A DNA stretch of 64,000 nucleotides from an uncultured Gemmatimonadales bacterium (GTDB taxonomy: Bacteria > Gemmatimonadota > Gemmatimonadetes > Gemmatimonadales > GWC2-71-9): NCBI GenBank assembly GCA_963828735.1, contig CAWHFW010000003.1, positions 205,105 to 269,104 on the forward strand. Reading direction: 5' to 3'. Positions within the stretch are counted from its first letter, which is position 1. Each line of letters opens with the position of its first letter. Positions 1 to 10,677 of this stretch are shown in pieces. The notes under the pieces were generated by a model. The model made no database searches and was not told the origin of the DNA. It was given only the letters and a program-made list of their open reading frames with translations. The translations under genes were made by a program, and so were the position numbers.

Positions 1-1
1 C

Positions 2-160
2 CCCGGCATGCGCCGGATCGAGCGGCTCGAGGAGAACGCCGCGGCCGCCGACATCACGCTCACCGACAACGAGCTCCACCGGTTGGAGCTGATCGCACCG
101 GTCGGGGCGGCGGCAGGCATGCGGTACCCGGAGCCGATGATGGCGGCGTTGAACGGCTAG
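2..160 (+). CDS. Aldo/keto reductase, 3' end (partial)
   Basis: Translates PGMRRIERLEENAAAADITLT...GMRYPEPMM*, a typical AKR C-terminus (PG.....LEEN..A..i.L). Confidence 0.75.
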   Translation, partial: PGMRRIERLEENAAAADITLTDNELHRLELIAPVGAAAGMRYPEPMMAALNG

Positions 161-310
161 GCCATGAGCCGCCCGACCCGGCAAGTACACAGGATTACCC
201 ATTCCCGGGCGCGGACGGGCGCTGGTCAGTTCAGCCGATGCGGCCCGTCCGCCCCCGTCCTATTGTCCCGGCCGGGGGCCGGGTGGGACCCGAGGCATGA
301 TACGTTCGCA

Positions 311-787
311 ATGGAGCTTTCGATGGACGACAAGAGCGCGGTGAGGCGGGCGGTGGACCAGCTGCTCCAGGGAGATGTCGGCCCGATGCTCGACGTCCTT
401 GCGGAGGACGTGGAGTTCGAGGTGGCGACCGGTGGCGATGCGCCCGACGGCGGGAGGGAGTGGGGCAAGCAGCCGGTCGTGGAGTATTTCAGTGCGCTTG
501 GCGGGCTGGTGGCCTTCTGGCAGATGGACTACACCGCGACGGGCGAGCAGGTGATCGCGTGGGGCAAGGAGACCTTCACGGTGGAGCACTGCGAGCTCCA
601 AGGAGGGTGCGAGTTCGCGCTGGTGTTCGACCTCTCCGACGGCATGATCGCCCGGTTCCTGGTCGTCGAGGACCTGCGGTCGTTCATCCGCGCGGGCGGG
701 TCCCTGGGCGAGGAGCGGCCGGTCAGCGTGGCACGGAAGACTCCACGGGGTGTCGATTTCGCCGCCGCTCCTTCGACGTACAGGTAG
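311..787 (+). CDS. SnoaL-like / NTF2-fold protein
   Basis: GDVGPMLDVLAEDVEF...GKQPVVEYF...DGMIARF pattern; start moved to ATG 311. Confidence 0.7.
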   Translation: MELSMDDKSAVRRAVDQLLQGDVGPMLDVLAEDVEFEVATGGDAPDGGREWGKQPVVEYFSALGGLVAFWQMDYTATGEQVIAWGKETFTVEHCELQGGCEFALVFDLSDGMIARFLVVEDLRSFIRAGGSLGEERPVSVARKTPRGVDFAAAPSTYR

Positions 788-827
788 AAGCGATGCTTCC
801 AACCTGTCACCCGAAGGAGATGTCGTC

Positions 828-953
828 ATGCCGAACAGCCACTCCACCGCTTCGCGGACGACCGGCGGCCCGCTCTGGGCGCTTCAGGTCCTGCTCGCGG
901 CGCTGTTTCTGTTCGCCGGCGGGTTCAAGCTCGTGACGCCGATCGCGGCGTAA
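828..953 (+). pseudogene. Truncated DoxX-family membrane protein
   Basis: AAGGAG RBS, then LWALQVLLAALFLFAGGFKL (DoxX N-terminus); stops after 41 codons. Confidence 0.6.
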
Positions 954-989
954 CGCCGAACGCATTCAGAGTGGCCCGGTCGCTTCGCC

Positions 990-3320
990 GTGGATTCCCT
1001 CTTAGCTTCAAGCATGCTTCATCGAGGTGACCGAGCCGTCCTCGAGTCGATCTCTGTAAGCGATCGCTACACAGTCGACCGAGAGCTGGGCCGGGGCGGG
1101 ATGGCGGTGGTGTATCTGGCGCGCGACCGCAAGCACGACCGCCCCGTAGCGATCAAGATCCTGCGCCCTGAGATCGTCGCCGGCGAGGACGCCCAGCGCT
1201 TCCTGCTCGAGATCCAGATCCTCGCGCGGCTTCAGCACCCGCACATCCTTCCCCTGCTCGACTCCGGCGCCACCGACGAGTCGTCACCCCGTCCGTACTA
1301 CGTCATGCCGTACGTGGACGGCGAGACCCTGCGCCAGCGGCTCACTCGCGAGGGCCCCCTCCCCGTCTCGGAGGCATTGCGCCTGATGCGGGAGGCCGGC
1401 GAGGCGCTTCACTACGCGCACGGGGAGGGTCTGATTCATCGCGATGTGAAGCCCGAGAACGTCCTGCTCTCGCAAGGCCACGCCCTGGTCGCGGACTTCG
1501 GCATCGCGCGTGCAGCGGGGATCGCGGCGGCCGGAGACCGCCTCACCCGGCCCGGCCTGAGCATGGGGACCCCTGCTTACATGAGTCCCGAGCAGGCCGG
1601 AGGCGACCGCGAGGTCGACGCCCGGGCGGACCAATACAGCCTCGCCTGCGTTCTCTACGAGCTGCTGGCGGGTCAGCCGCCCTTCACCGGGCCCGACATG
1701 CTCGCGGTGTTGTCGCGCCAGGTGCTCGACCCGGTGCCGCCGCTCACGACGCTTCGCCCGGGAGCGCCCGCGTCGGTGCGACGGGCCGTCGAGCGGGCGC
1801 TGTCCAAGATCCCGGCGGACCGGTTCGGGAACGTACTGGAGTTCCTGGCGGCGCTCGAGGCCCCGGACGCGCCCGCGCCCTCGGCCCCACCGAAGCAGGC
1901 CATCGTGGTGCTGCCGTTCGCCAATTTGAGCCCGGATCCCGACAACGCGTACTTCGCCGACGGCCTGATGGAGGAGGTCATCGCCGACCTCTCCCGGGTC
2001 CGGGCGCTCACCGTGATCTCCAGGACTTCGTCGGTCAAGCTCAAGGACACCGACTGGGACCTCCGGCGCATCGGCCGGGAGCTCAACGTTCGCTACGCGC
2101 TCGAGGGCAGCGTGCGCCGAGCGGGTTCCACGCTCCGCATCACGGCCCAGCTGATCGATACCGAGACCGATGCCCACCTCTGGTCCGAGAAGTATTCGGG
2201 CACGGTCGACGACGTGTTCGACCTGCAGGAGCGGCTCTCGCGCCAGATCGTGGAGGCGTTGCGGATCACGCTGTCCCCGCCGGAGGACCGCCAGATCGCG
2301 GAGCGGCCGATCGCGGATATCCGGGCGTTCGAGTACTACCAGCGCGCGCGACAGGAGTACTACCGGCATAGCGCCGAGGGAATGGTGGCCGCGCGGGCGC
2401 TCGCGGAGCATGGGCTCGCTGTCGTGGGGCCCCACGAGGCGCTGTACGGGATGCTGGGAACGGTGTACGCCTGGTCGCCGACCTTCCTCGGCAGCGACGA
2501 GGACACGACCCTGCGCGAGGCCGAGGATTGTGCTCGCCGCGCCTTCGACCTGAACCCCGACTCGGCGCAGGGCGTCTCGATCATGGGTCAGGTTGCCTAC
2601 CGCCGCGGCCAGGCGGGAGAAGCCGTCCGGCTGCTGACCCGAGCCTGCGCCCTGGAGCCCAACAACCCCGACACGATGCATCAGCTGGCCGGGGCATATC
2701 TGCTGGGCGGGCGGATCGGCCCGATGCGTGACGTGCTGACCCGGCTGGTCGAGCTGGACCCGCTCACGGCCAGCAATCACTGCCTGCTGGGGCTGAGCTA
2801 CTCGCTGGCCGGCGACGCACCGGCGGCGCTGCCCTCCCACTGGCGGGCGGTCGACCTGGATCCGCGGAGCACCATCTGTCGGGTCTGTTCCGGGGTCGCG
2901 CTGGTGGCTTCCGGGCGCGAGGCCGAGGCGGCGCGTGAGTTCGAGTGGCTGGAACGCCAGCCTGCGGACGATCACCTGGCGACGGTGGCGGTGCGCTTCT
3001 GGCGCGGCCTGACCGGCGACCGGGCGGCCGTGCTGTCGCCCTTGAGTGTGGCGGAGCGCGCGATCGCGGAGTCCGACGAATACTGGACGTACCTCATGGC
3101 CGCGGCCTACGCCCAGGTCGGCGAAGCGGATCAGGCTCTCGCGTGGCTCGACCATGCGGTGACGGTCCGCGGCTGGGTCGACCACGTGTACTTCACTCGA
3201 CACGATCGTTTTCTCGTGAGCGTACGGTCGACCCGTCGCTTTCAGGAGCTGATGGCCTCCGCGCGCGAGCGGTACGAGCGGTTCACCGATAACGGAGCTC
3301 CCACGCTGCGGGCGGTCTAG
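990..3320 (+). CDS. Hanks-type Ser/Thr kinase with TolB-N-like domain and TPR repeats
   Basis: LGRGGMAVVY, VAIK, HRDVKPEN, DFG, GTPAYMSPEQ; IVVLPFANLS...YFADG module; C-terminal TPRs. Confidence 0.92.
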   Translation: MDSLLASSMLHRGDRAVLESISVSDRYTVDRELGRGGMAVVYLARDRKHDRPVAIKILRPEIVAGEDAQRFLLEIQILARLQHPHILPLLDSGATDESSPRPYYVMPYVDGETLRQRLTREGPLPVSEALRLMREAGEALHYAHGEGLIHRDVKPENVLLSQGHALVADFGIARAAGIAAAGDRLTRPGLSMGTPAYMSPEQAGGDREVDARADQYSLACVLYELLAGQPPFTGPDMLAVLSRQVLDPVPPLTTLRPGAPASVRRAVERALSKIPADRFGNVLEFLAALEAPDAPAPSAPPKQAIVVLPFANLSPDPDNAYFADGLMEEVIADLSRVRALTVISRTSSVKLKDTDWDLRRIGRELNVRYALEGSVRRAGSTLRITAQLIDTETDAHLWSEKYSGTVDDVFDLQERLSRQIVEALRITLSPPEDRQIAERPIADIRAFEYYQRARQEYYRHSAEGMVAARALAEHGLAVVGPHEALYGMLGTVYAWSPTFLGSDEDTTLREAEDCARRAFDLNPDSAQGVSIMGQVAYRRGQAGEAVRLLTRACALEPNNPDTMHQLAGAYLLGGRIGPMRDVLTRLVELDPLTASNHCLLGLSYSLAGDAPAALPSHWRAVDLDPRSTICRVCSGVALVASGREAEAAREFEWLERQPADDHLATVAVRFWRGLTGDRAAVLSPLSVAERAIAESDEYWTYLMAAAYAQVGEADQALAWLDHAVTVRGWVDHVYFTRHDRFLVSVRSTRRFQELMASARERYERFTDNGAPTLRAV

Positions 3321-3365
3321 TGAGCATTCGGACTCCGGCGCGCCTGAATGTTCAAGACCGCCACC

Positions 3366-4886
3366 CTACAGATGCAGGGAACGGATGCGGCGAGACTCGA
3401 GATAGCGCTCCAGCCTCGCTGGCGTGGGCTCCGGATCGGCCAAGCCAACATAACCGTCCGGTCGCACCACATAGACGGCATCGCGTTCGAGCCCCGCGCG
3501 GGCAGCGGCGGATTCCCAGGGAAAGCGGTGCAGGGCCACCCCCCGGCGGCTGCATGTTTCCTGTATTCCTGCCGTCGCCGCGCCATAGACGTGCACCTGC
3601 CAATCCAGCGACGCCAGCGGGCTGAAGTTGTCGGCAGGGATCCACGGTAGCCGATCGCCACCCGCCACGCGTCCCGCGCGCCCCTCACTCAAGCTGCTGC
3701 CCCGATATGTGATCGCGATCTGCGAGACCGTGCGGAACATGAGCCGCCGAAAGGCGGTCGACGCGAACACCGCCGGGAGCAGACGCGGCACCACGTCGAC
3801 CCGCACGCGGCGAGCGATCGGGCCCGCGCTGGTGACCACCGTGAAGGCCCGATCCGTCGTCGCGACCAGCCGTCGGGCGAAGGCGATCCGCTCGGGCTCA
3901 TACGTGTCCAGCAGCGCGGTGTCGGCACGCCCCTGTAACACCGCCGCCAGCTTCCAGGCCAGGTTCACCGCATCGCCGATGCCGGTGTTCATACCCTGCC
4001 CGCCCACGGGACTGTGAATGTGAGCGGCGTCGCCCAGCAGGAACGCGCGGCCCAGCCCGAAGTGGTCCGCCACCCGATGATGCACGCGGTAGGTCGAGAA
4101 CCAGTTCACCCGGTCGACCGCAATGCCCAGGCGGTCGATCACGCCTTTGCCGACATCGTCCCACGACAGCGTCTCGTCCTGTCCCTCCGTCTCCCGCCGC
4201 ACGGTCCCGATGAGGCGGCCACGTCCCCCCCTCGACATCGGAAACACGGCGAGGAAATCGGCGTCGTCGAGTGCGATGTGCAGCTCGCCGTTCATCGCCG
4301 GCCCGCTCGCCTCGACATCGGCGACATAGTAGAGATGGGAGTACGTGCCGCCGGGGAACCCGACGCCCAGCACCTCGCGGACCTTAGAACGGGCACCGTC
4401 GCACCCGGCGAGATAGGCCGCCTCGCATGTCTCCTCGGTCCCATCCGGCCGACGCAGGCGCGCCAGCACGCGGCCGCCGCTGTCCTCGAAGCCGAGCAGC
4501 TCAGTCCGGCGCTCGACCTGGACGCCGGCGTCGGCGAGGCGCTCGATCAGGAGGCGCTCATGCTGGTCCTGGGGAAAGATCAGAACGTACGGGAACGGGC
4601 TCAGCCCCTGCCCCATCGGACCGAAGACGACGTGTGCAGCCTTCCGGCCACCCGCCCAGAGGTTCGCACCCGCGAACTCGAGGGCGCGTTCCACGACCGC
4701 CTCCGCCAGGCCGACCTGCCGGTAGAACTCGAGCGTCCGCGCGTGCACGACCAGGGCCCGCGACGTGGTGCCGGGCTCGGCGGTCTTGTCGACGAGGCGA
4801 AGCCGCACGCCCAGGCGATTCAACCAGAGGGCAAGCACCAGGCCGGTTGGGCCCGCGCCGTTGATGAGAACTTGGGTGTCGGACAT
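3366..4886 (-). CDS. FAD-dependent monooxygenase (FAD_binding_3)
   Basis: GAGPTGL, GCDGARS, GDAAHIHSPVGGQGMNTG, VRPDGYV motifs. Confidence 0.92.
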   Translation of the reverse strand: MSDTQVLINGAGPTGLVLALWLNRLGVRLRLVDKTAEPGTTSRALVVHARTLEFYRQVGLAEAVVERALEFAGANLWAGGRKAAHVVFGPMGQGLSPFPYVLIFPQDQHERLLIERLADAGVQVERRTELLGFEDSGGRVLARLRRPDGTEETCEAAYLAGCDGARSKVREVLGVGFPGGTYSHLYYVADVEASGPAMNGELHIALDDADFLAVFPMSRGGRGRLIGTVRRETEGQDETLSWDDVGKGVIDRLGIAVDRVNWFSTYRVHHRVADHFGLGRAFLLGDAAHIHSPVGGQGMNTGIGDAVNLAWKLAAVLQGRADTALLDTYEPERIAFARRLVATTDRAFTVVTSAGPIARRVRVDVVPRLLPAVFASTAFRRLMFRTVSQIAITYRGSSLSEGRAGRVAGGDRLPWIPADNFSPLASLDWQVHVYGAATAGIQETCSRRGVALHRFPWESAAARAGLERDAVYVVRPDGYVGLADPEPTPARLERYLESRRIRSLHL

Positions 4887-5029
4887 CGGCTGGCTCGAAT
4901 CCCTTCGCGGCGATGTGAGCAAAGATAGAGATGGCCAAGCGGGGATGGGGTAGAGGCGGGAGAGGCGGGAGAGGCGGCAGGGCGCATTCGCGCTCGATTA
5001 CCTTAGTGCCACTCCTGCGAAGGTCGCCG

Positions 5030-6169
5030 ATGCTCGCTCAGCCAAGTGGTCCCTTTCGCGGCATCGCCGTGGCGCTGATGCTCACCGTGCCGGCACCGGC
5101 GGCAAGGCCGATGCTTCACTGGTTTGACTTTGGCCATCGCATCGTCGCGCGCATCGCCGAGCAGCGTCTGACGCCCCACACGGCAAAGGCGGTCCGCGAC
5201 ATTCTCGGCGGTCAAAGCCTGGCAGATGCATCGGTGTGGGCGGACAACATCAAGCAGTATCGTCATGACGCGGATGCCCTGCACTACGTCAATATTCCGC
5301 TGTCCGCCACAGCCTACGACCCTGGACGCGACTGCCCGCACGGGAAGTGCGTCATCGCCGCGATCGCCAGCGACACGCAGATCCTCGCCAACCCCTCCGC
5401 GTCACCCCTCGATCGCGCGGAGGCACTCAAGTTCCTCGTGCATTTCATGGGCGACCTCCACCAGCCGCTCCACGTGGCCGACAACAGCGACCGCGGAGGC
5501 AACCGGCGAACGGTCTATCTGCTGGGCGACTCCATGAATCTGCACAAGGCATGGGATGGGGAGATCCTCGAGCGCTACAACCTGAGTGAGCCGGGATACC
5601 TGAAAGAGCTGCAGCAGGAGATGGACACCCTGGACCTGGCCGCGCTCGAGCGCGGAACGGTGGTAGACTGGGCGATGGAGGGTCACCGGATCGCCGTCCA
5701 GCGTGCCTATCGCCTCCCTCGCGACGGGCGCCTCGGCGAGGCGTACGTCCAGGCCAGCCGGCCCGTCATCGATCACGCGCTCATCGCCGCCGGAGTTCGG
5801 CTGGCCAAGCTGCTCAACGCGACGCTGGCCAACTACGAGCCCATTCGTGCGCCCGCGTCCCTCGGCCCGGGCGTATATACCGACCGGGAGGCGGCCGCCC
5901 ACGTCGGCGAAACCGCCGCTGTGGTCGGTACCGTCGCCACCGTATTCCGATCACCCGGCGGGAACGTGTACGTGAACCTGGGTGCCGACTATCCGCGCCA
6001 GACGTTCACCGCCGTCGCGCTTGCCCCGGTCGGGGGCTGGACGGCAGGGCTGGACAACCTGAGGGGCAAGGTGGTGAGAGTGCGAGGTGAGATCGTGAAT
6101 TACCGAGGGCGGGTGGAAATCGTCCTGAAGGACGCGGGTCAGATCACGGTGGAGTCGGCCAGGCGCTGA
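5030..6169 (+). CDS. S1/P1 nuclease with C-terminal OB-fold-like domain
   Basis: Signal peptide; W...GH, WAD, HYVN, HFMGDLHQPLH, GGN, NLHKAWD Zn motifs; C-terminal AHVG...VVG.V...YVNLG..YP...F module. Confidence 0.88.
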   Translation: MLAQPSGPFRGIAVALMLTVPAPAARPMLHWFDFGHRIVARIAEQRLTPHTAKAVRDILGGQSLADASVWADNIKQYRHDADALHYVNIPLSATAYDPGRDCPHGKCVIAAIASDTQILANPSASPLDRAEALKFLVHFMGDLHQPLHVADNSDRGGNRRTVYLLGDSMNLHKAWDGEILERYNLSEPGYLKELQQEMDTLDLAALERGTVVDWAMEGHRIAVQRAYRLPRDGRLGEAYVQASRPVIDHALIAAGVRLAKLLNATLANYEPIRAPASLGPGVYTDREAAAHVGETAAVVGTVATVFRSPGGNVYVNLGADYPRQTFTAVALAPVGGWTAGLDNLRGKVVRVRGEIVNYRGRVEIVLKDAGQITVESARR

Positions 6170-6244
6170 TGAATCTCGGTGTACTTGGCGGGCCCCCTTA
6201 GGCCCTCGGGGCTCCGCGCCGCGACCGTCATCCCGTAGCCGGCG

Positions 6245-6952
6245 TCAGCTGATCTGCCTACCGACCTGCGCCGTCAGTGCGATCCGGAAGTTGAACCACT
6301 GCTCCACGAGCTGGCGCACCGGCCGTCCGTGGCGCGTGGCCGGGTGGAACCGCATCTCGCCGAGCGCGGTGCGCACCGACTCGCTGAACTCGGGATCGTC
6401 GCTCGCCAGCACCTGAACTGACGCCACGTCCACCTGGCCCGTCGTGTCCACCACGAAGGTCGCCTGAACGCGGCCCTCCTTCCCCAGCGCGCTCAGCCTG
6501 GGCGGGTAGATCGGCGCGGCGCTCCCCTCGTAGCGCTCCACCATCCGTTCCACCTCGAGCATGGTGAAGACGCTGTCGGCCGGCCGGGCTGGCGCGCCGA
6601 ACGGCGCCAAGCCCAGCGCGCTGCTCCGCTCGCCCGGGCGCTGCCGGCCGTAGGGGCGCCCACCGGTGCGGGTGCCACTGCCCGTTCCGTCCAGCTCCGC
6701 CCCATCCGTGAAGAGCCCGCCGGCGCGGCCCAACCTGAACGACTCGGACTGGCCGGCGGGTGGAGACTCGCGGCGATCCGGCGGCAGGAACAGCAGCGGA
6801 CTGGTGGAGCGCTCGTCCCCGGGGAGGCCCCGGGCACCCGCGATCACGCCCACGGCGAGCCAGATCAGGCCCACGTGGAGCATGAGACTCGCGAAGCCGC
6901 ACTCCGCGGCCTGGAAGACCCTGTGGTCGGATTCGATGAGGTGAAGGCGCAT
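6245..6952 (-). CDS. TonB C-terminal domain protein
   Basis: N-terminal TM; PIYP...GKEGRVQATFVVDTTG...MRFHPA...GRPV. Confidence 0.85.
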   Translation of the reverse strand: MRLHLIESDHRVFQAAECGFASLMLHVGLIWLAVGVIAGARGLPGDERSTSPLLFLPPDRRESPPAGQSESFRLGRAGGLFTDGAELDGTGSGTRTGGRPYGRQRPGERSSALGLAPFGAPARPADSVFTMLEVERMVERYEGSAAPIYPPRLSALGKEGRVQATFVVDTTGQVDVASVQVLASDDPEFSESVRTALGEMRFHPATRHGRPVRQLVEQWFNFRIALTAQVGRQIS

Positions 6953-7151
6953 GTCCGCCCCTGAGTGGGAGGCCGCAACGCTGCACCCAGATATGACGAC
7001 GAGCCTGCGCGTGGAGACACGTTCGACGCGGGCCCGGCGACTGCCCAGGGACGTCCCCGCGCACTGTGTCGAGCATCACCCCACCACGCCGGCTCCGGCG
7101 CGATCCTTCTGCGGAGGCCCACGCAGGCCAGACGATTTACCCGGAGGACTC

Positions 7152-7568
7152 ATGGCAACCAAGACGATCGAGGCGGAGCTCCTCGAGCTGGAGCAGCGCT
7201 ACTGGCAGGCGATCCAGGACCGGGACGTGAAAGCCGCGATGGCGCTCACCGACTTCCCCTGCATCGTGGCCGGCGCGAAGGGCGTTGGGTCCATCGACCC
7301 CAAGACGTACGAGGGAATCATGAAGTCCGCCACGTATACGCTGCGCCGGTTCGAGATCAGGGACGGTGCGCAGGTGCGTCTGTTCAACGACGACGTGGCG
7401 GTGGTGGCGTACCAGGTGCATGAGGACCTCACGGTGGACGGGAAGCCGGTGACGCTCCACGCGGCCGACACGAGCGTGTGGGTCCGCCGCGACGGCGAGT
7501 GGCGCTGCGCGGCGCACACGGAGTCGATCGCCGGGGATTCGTTCGGGCGGGACCGGGAGGGGGAGTGA
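7152..7568 (+). CDS. DUF4440 / NTF2-family protein
   Basis: GGAGG RBS; LEQRYWQAI...VWVRRDGEWRCAAHTES. Confidence 0.8.
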   Translation: MATKTIEAELLELEQRYWQAIQDRDVKAAMALTDFPCIVAGAKGVGSIDPKTYEGIMKSATYTLRRFEIRDGAQVRLFNDDVAVVAYQVHEDLTVDGKPVTLHAADTSVWVRRDGEWRCAAHTESIAGDSFGRDREGE

Positions 7569-7689
7569 CACCAGCTCGGAAGAGTCGGGAAAGCCGTCCG
7601 CCGGCGTCGGAACCATCCCCTCCGCAACTACCATGAGCTTCTCGCTTGGCGCGAGAAGCTCATGGTAGTGCCGCACGCTTCACACCCCC

Positions 7690-8673
7690 TCAGTGCGACC
7701 ACGACGGCGAACCCTCGATCGTTGACGTATGCGTGATCCGGGTCGCCGTGCCGCCGGTCGCGCTCATGGTCCAGATCTGGACCTGTCCCGACCGCAGGCT
7801 CTCGAACGCGATCGTGGTTCCGTCGGGCGAATACGTCGGCAGGCCGTCGAAGCTCGAGGAGAAGGTGAGCCGCTTGCCCACGTAGGTGGCCCGGTTCTGC
7901 ACGTAAATCTCCACGTTGCCGCCGGACAACGACCGGCTGTAGGCGAAGAACTTGCCGTCGGGCGAATAGGTGGGCTTGCCCACCGACACGCCCGCGTTCA
8001 CCAGATCGTAGGTGTCGCCGCCCGGATACGCCTCCCGGATCTTGAGCCCCGTGTTGTCCACGAAGATGAGGGACTTGCCGTTGGGGTGATACGACGCGCT
8101 GCTGCCCTTCACGAGCTGGTCTTCGGCGATGACGTAGTTGAACGCGCCGGTGGCGGGCGTGAGGATCGCGAGGTACGACGTGCTCTGCACCACGACCGTC
8201 ACCACCAGCTGGGTCCCGTCAGGCGACCAGGACGGGTCCGTGATCGGGAAGCTGTGGGGTGAGGCGAGCGCCCAGTGCTTGCCGGTGCCGTCGGCGTTCA
8301 TCAGGAAGATGTCCTCGTGCGCGACGTTCGAGGCGTCGAGCCGGCGCCGCACCAGCGCGATCTTCTGGTGGTTCCAGGAGAAGGCCGGGGCGGACTCATC
8401 GCCCGAGAAGCTGGTGAGCCGGGTGACGTGACCGCCGGCGGCGTCCATCCGGTAGATGTCGGGGTGGCCGCCGATCCGATAGGACATGAAGACAATCGGC
8501 GTCGCACTGAGCGCGGCGGTCACCGGCTCGACGGTCTCGGCAGCGGTCTCCGTGACGGCTGGCTCATTGGAGATCGGGTCGGGGGCGACCGGATCGTCAG
8601 CACAGGCGGCGAGCACGAGGGCCAGACCAATGACGGCGGCCAGCGCGGGGTAACGGGCGGTCGTGGAGCGCAT
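7690..8673 (-). CDS. TolB-like beta-propeller (PD40 repeat) lipoprotein
   Basis: Lipobox LAAC; repeated PSWSPDG/PTYSPDG motifs. Confidence 0.85.
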   Translation of the reverse strand: MRSTTARYPALAAVIGLALVLAACADDPVAPDPISNEPAVTETAAETVEPVTAALSATPIVFMSYRIGGHPDIYRMDAAGGHVTRLTSFSGDESAPAFSWNHQKIALVRRRLDASNVAHEDIFLMNADGTGKHWALASPHSFPITDPSWSPDGTQLVVTVVVQSTSYLAILTPATGAFNYVIAEDQLVKGSSASYHPNGKSLIFVDNTGLKIREAYPGGDTYDLVNAGVSVGKPTYSPDGKFFAYSRSLSGGNVEIYVQNRATYVGKRLTFSSSFDGLPTYSPDGTTIAFESLRSGQVQIWTMSATGGTATRITHTSTIEGSPSWSH

Positions 8674-9002
8674 CTGGTTCTCCTTCCGGGACGCGGGTCC
8701 CGCCAGCACGGTGGTGGATGTCGGGCGCGACAGGCCGGATCGCATGGGGCGGCCGTCGCTCGGGTGCTGCCGGTGCGACGGTGGTCCGGCCTGGTCCGTC
8801 CTCGGATCCTGTGTGGTGCGCTCAGGAGTGCCGCGTTGGACGTGGGGCAAGGATATGCGGGCGGGTCACTGGCGAATCACTGCGGAATCACGGAAGGGCA
8901 AGTGGAGGAGCGGGAAGGGGTTGGTACACCTACCCTAGAGCGGCCGGAACAATTCCTCGAGGCGAAGGGTGAGCGGCTGTACCGCGGCCGGGCGCGGCGG
9001 CC

Positions 9003-9042
9003 AAAAACGCCATGAGCTCCTCGCGCGTGGCGAGGAGCTCAT
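9003..9042 (-). terminator. Intrinsic terminator after the outer-membrane protein gene
   Basis: 13-bp stem ATGAGCTCCTCGC/GCGAGGAGCTCAT, then a T-run on the minus strand. Confidence 0.65.
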
Positions 9043-9078
9043 TCAGGCACCTTGAAGACCGAGGACTACTCTGGACTA

Positions 9079-9636
9079 CTAGTGAACGGTGATACCCAGG
9101 CCGAGCTGCCCAACGTTCGCGTCCGAGTTGGAGGAGCTCATCGCGAAGCCGTTCCAGAACGGCGTCAAGCTCACGTTGTTGCCGACCCGGATGTCATAGC
9201 CCAGCCCGATCAGGGCGCCGACCCCGGTCTCGGTGGCGCTCTGGAAACCGGTAGCCGAGGCGTGAATCGTCCCGACGCCCAGCCCGCCCAGCAGGAAGAA
9301 CCCGCCGGTCGCGGAGGGATAGAATCGGGCCAGCGCCGTGAGCGTGCCGACGGTGAGCTGCGCGCCGTTCTCGCTCTTGGTCCAGCCGTTCGTGCCGACG
9401 CCGAGCAACAGCTTCTTGCTCAGGGTTCCACCAATCGCCAGGCCTCCGCTGAGGCTGCCCTCGCGGCTGCCGCAATCCTGACAGCCCAGGCTGCCGTAGC
9501 CCAGCCCGCCGTTGAACCAGAAGCCCTCGCGGGTCTGAGCGTGCTGCTGTGCCGACGCGGCCCGAGGCAGGAGCGCGGTCAGACCGAGAGCGAGGGAGAA
9601 CATGACACGCTGCAGTGATCGCACTGGAGCCTCCAT
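9079..9636 (-). CDS. Outer-membrane beta-barrel protein
   Basis: Signal peptide (AASA|Q); alternating Gly/aromatic beta strands; ends GQLGLGITVH. Confidence 0.75.
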   Translation of the reverse strand: MEAPVRSLQRVMFSLALGLTALLPRAASAQQHAQTREGFWFNGGLGYGSLGCQDCGSREGSLSGGLAIGGTLSKKLLLGVGTNGWTKSENGAQLTVGTLTALARFYPSATGGFFLLGGLGVGTIHASATGFQSATETGVGALIGLGYDIRVGNNVSLTPFWNGFAMSSSNSDANVGQLGLGITVH

Positions 9637-9954
9637 TGTGTTCAAGGCGGGCCGCCGTCCGGCGGGATTGCCGGGCGTAGATCCTGGGAAAAACGAGAGC
9701 GGGTTGTTGGCGGCCTCGGATCGGTAGGGGCGCAGATGCAGGAAGCAAGCCAATTTGGCACCGGAGATTCTGGACGAGCTGGCGCAGTGCATAGCCTGTG
9801 GCCGCTTGGACTTGGCGGCCGTCGCATACCCCGTGTCCGCAATGGCACCTCGGCCGAGAGCGGATCGGGGTCGCAATAGGCCCGTCGGGCTTCACCTTGC
9901 GACCCGCGCCGAAGCCTGTGGCCACCCGGCGAACGGCTGCTACCTTGTGTGGCC

Positions 9955-10677
9955 ATGGCGTTCTCGCTCTACGTCGCCCTCGGCGACTCGATGAGCACCG
10001 ACCACTATCCGACCTGCGACGTCCGCAACCTCGACGCGCCGCCCGGACGGCTGGACCCGCTCGGCGCCGCCGCGCTGCTCCACACGAACGATGACGAGCG
10101 CTGGCCCGAGTTCCGCGCGCGCGACCTCGACCGGCTGTTCCGCGGCGTGGAGTTCCGGAACCTGGCGGAGGACGGCGCGATGATCGACGACGTCGCGACC
10201 GAGGAGCTCTCGCGGCTCGGCCACGACTCGGACGATCCCGACATCCTGCTCACCCTCGCCGCCGGCGGGAACGATCTGCTCGACGCGCTCAGGTCGGGGA
10301 AGTCGCTGGAGCGCTCGGTGCGGCAGATCGAGGGGCGCTACGCCGATCTCGTCGCCACCGTGCGGGAGGAGCTGCCCGCCGCCACGCTGGTGCTCACCAC
10401 GGTGTACGACCCTACGGATGGCACCGGCCGGCTTCCCGGACTCGAGTCGATGGGGCAGCTGCCGCTCGAGTACCTCGACCGATTCAACGAGGGCGTGCGC
10501 CAGCTCGCGCGGGAGATCAAGCACACCGTGGTCGCCGATGTGCACCGCCATTTCCTTGGCCACGGCGTGAACGCCCCCGAGGCAGAGCGCTGGTACTGGC
10601 GGCGAAACCTGATCGAGCCGAATGCGCGGGGCGCGAGCGAGATCCGGAGGGTGTGGGTGGAGGCGGCGGGGATGTGA
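9955..10677 (+). CDS. SGNH/GDSL hydrolase
   Basis: YVALGDS, GGND, IEPNARG motifs. Confidence 0.85.
   Translation: MAFSLYVALGDSMSTDHYPTCDVRNLDAPPGRLDPLGAAALLHTNDDERWPEFRARDLDRLFRGVEFRNLAEDGAMIDDVATEELSRLGHDSDDPDILLTLAAGGNDLLDALRSGKSLERSVRQIEGRYADLVATVREELPAATLVLTTVYDPTDGTGRLPGLESMGQLPLEYLDRFNEGVRQLAREIKHTVVADVHRHFLGHGVNAPEAERWYWRRNLIEPNARGASEIRRVWVEAAGM

Noticed and set aside
1284..3203. Long antisense ORFs (also 15693-17516 and 56700-58352)
   Set aside because: Shadow ORFs of high-GC coding strands with no recognisable motifs.
4952..4978. AGAGGCGGG repeated three times
   Set aside because: Too short to interpret; it only inflates the apparent N-terminus of the nuclease ORF.
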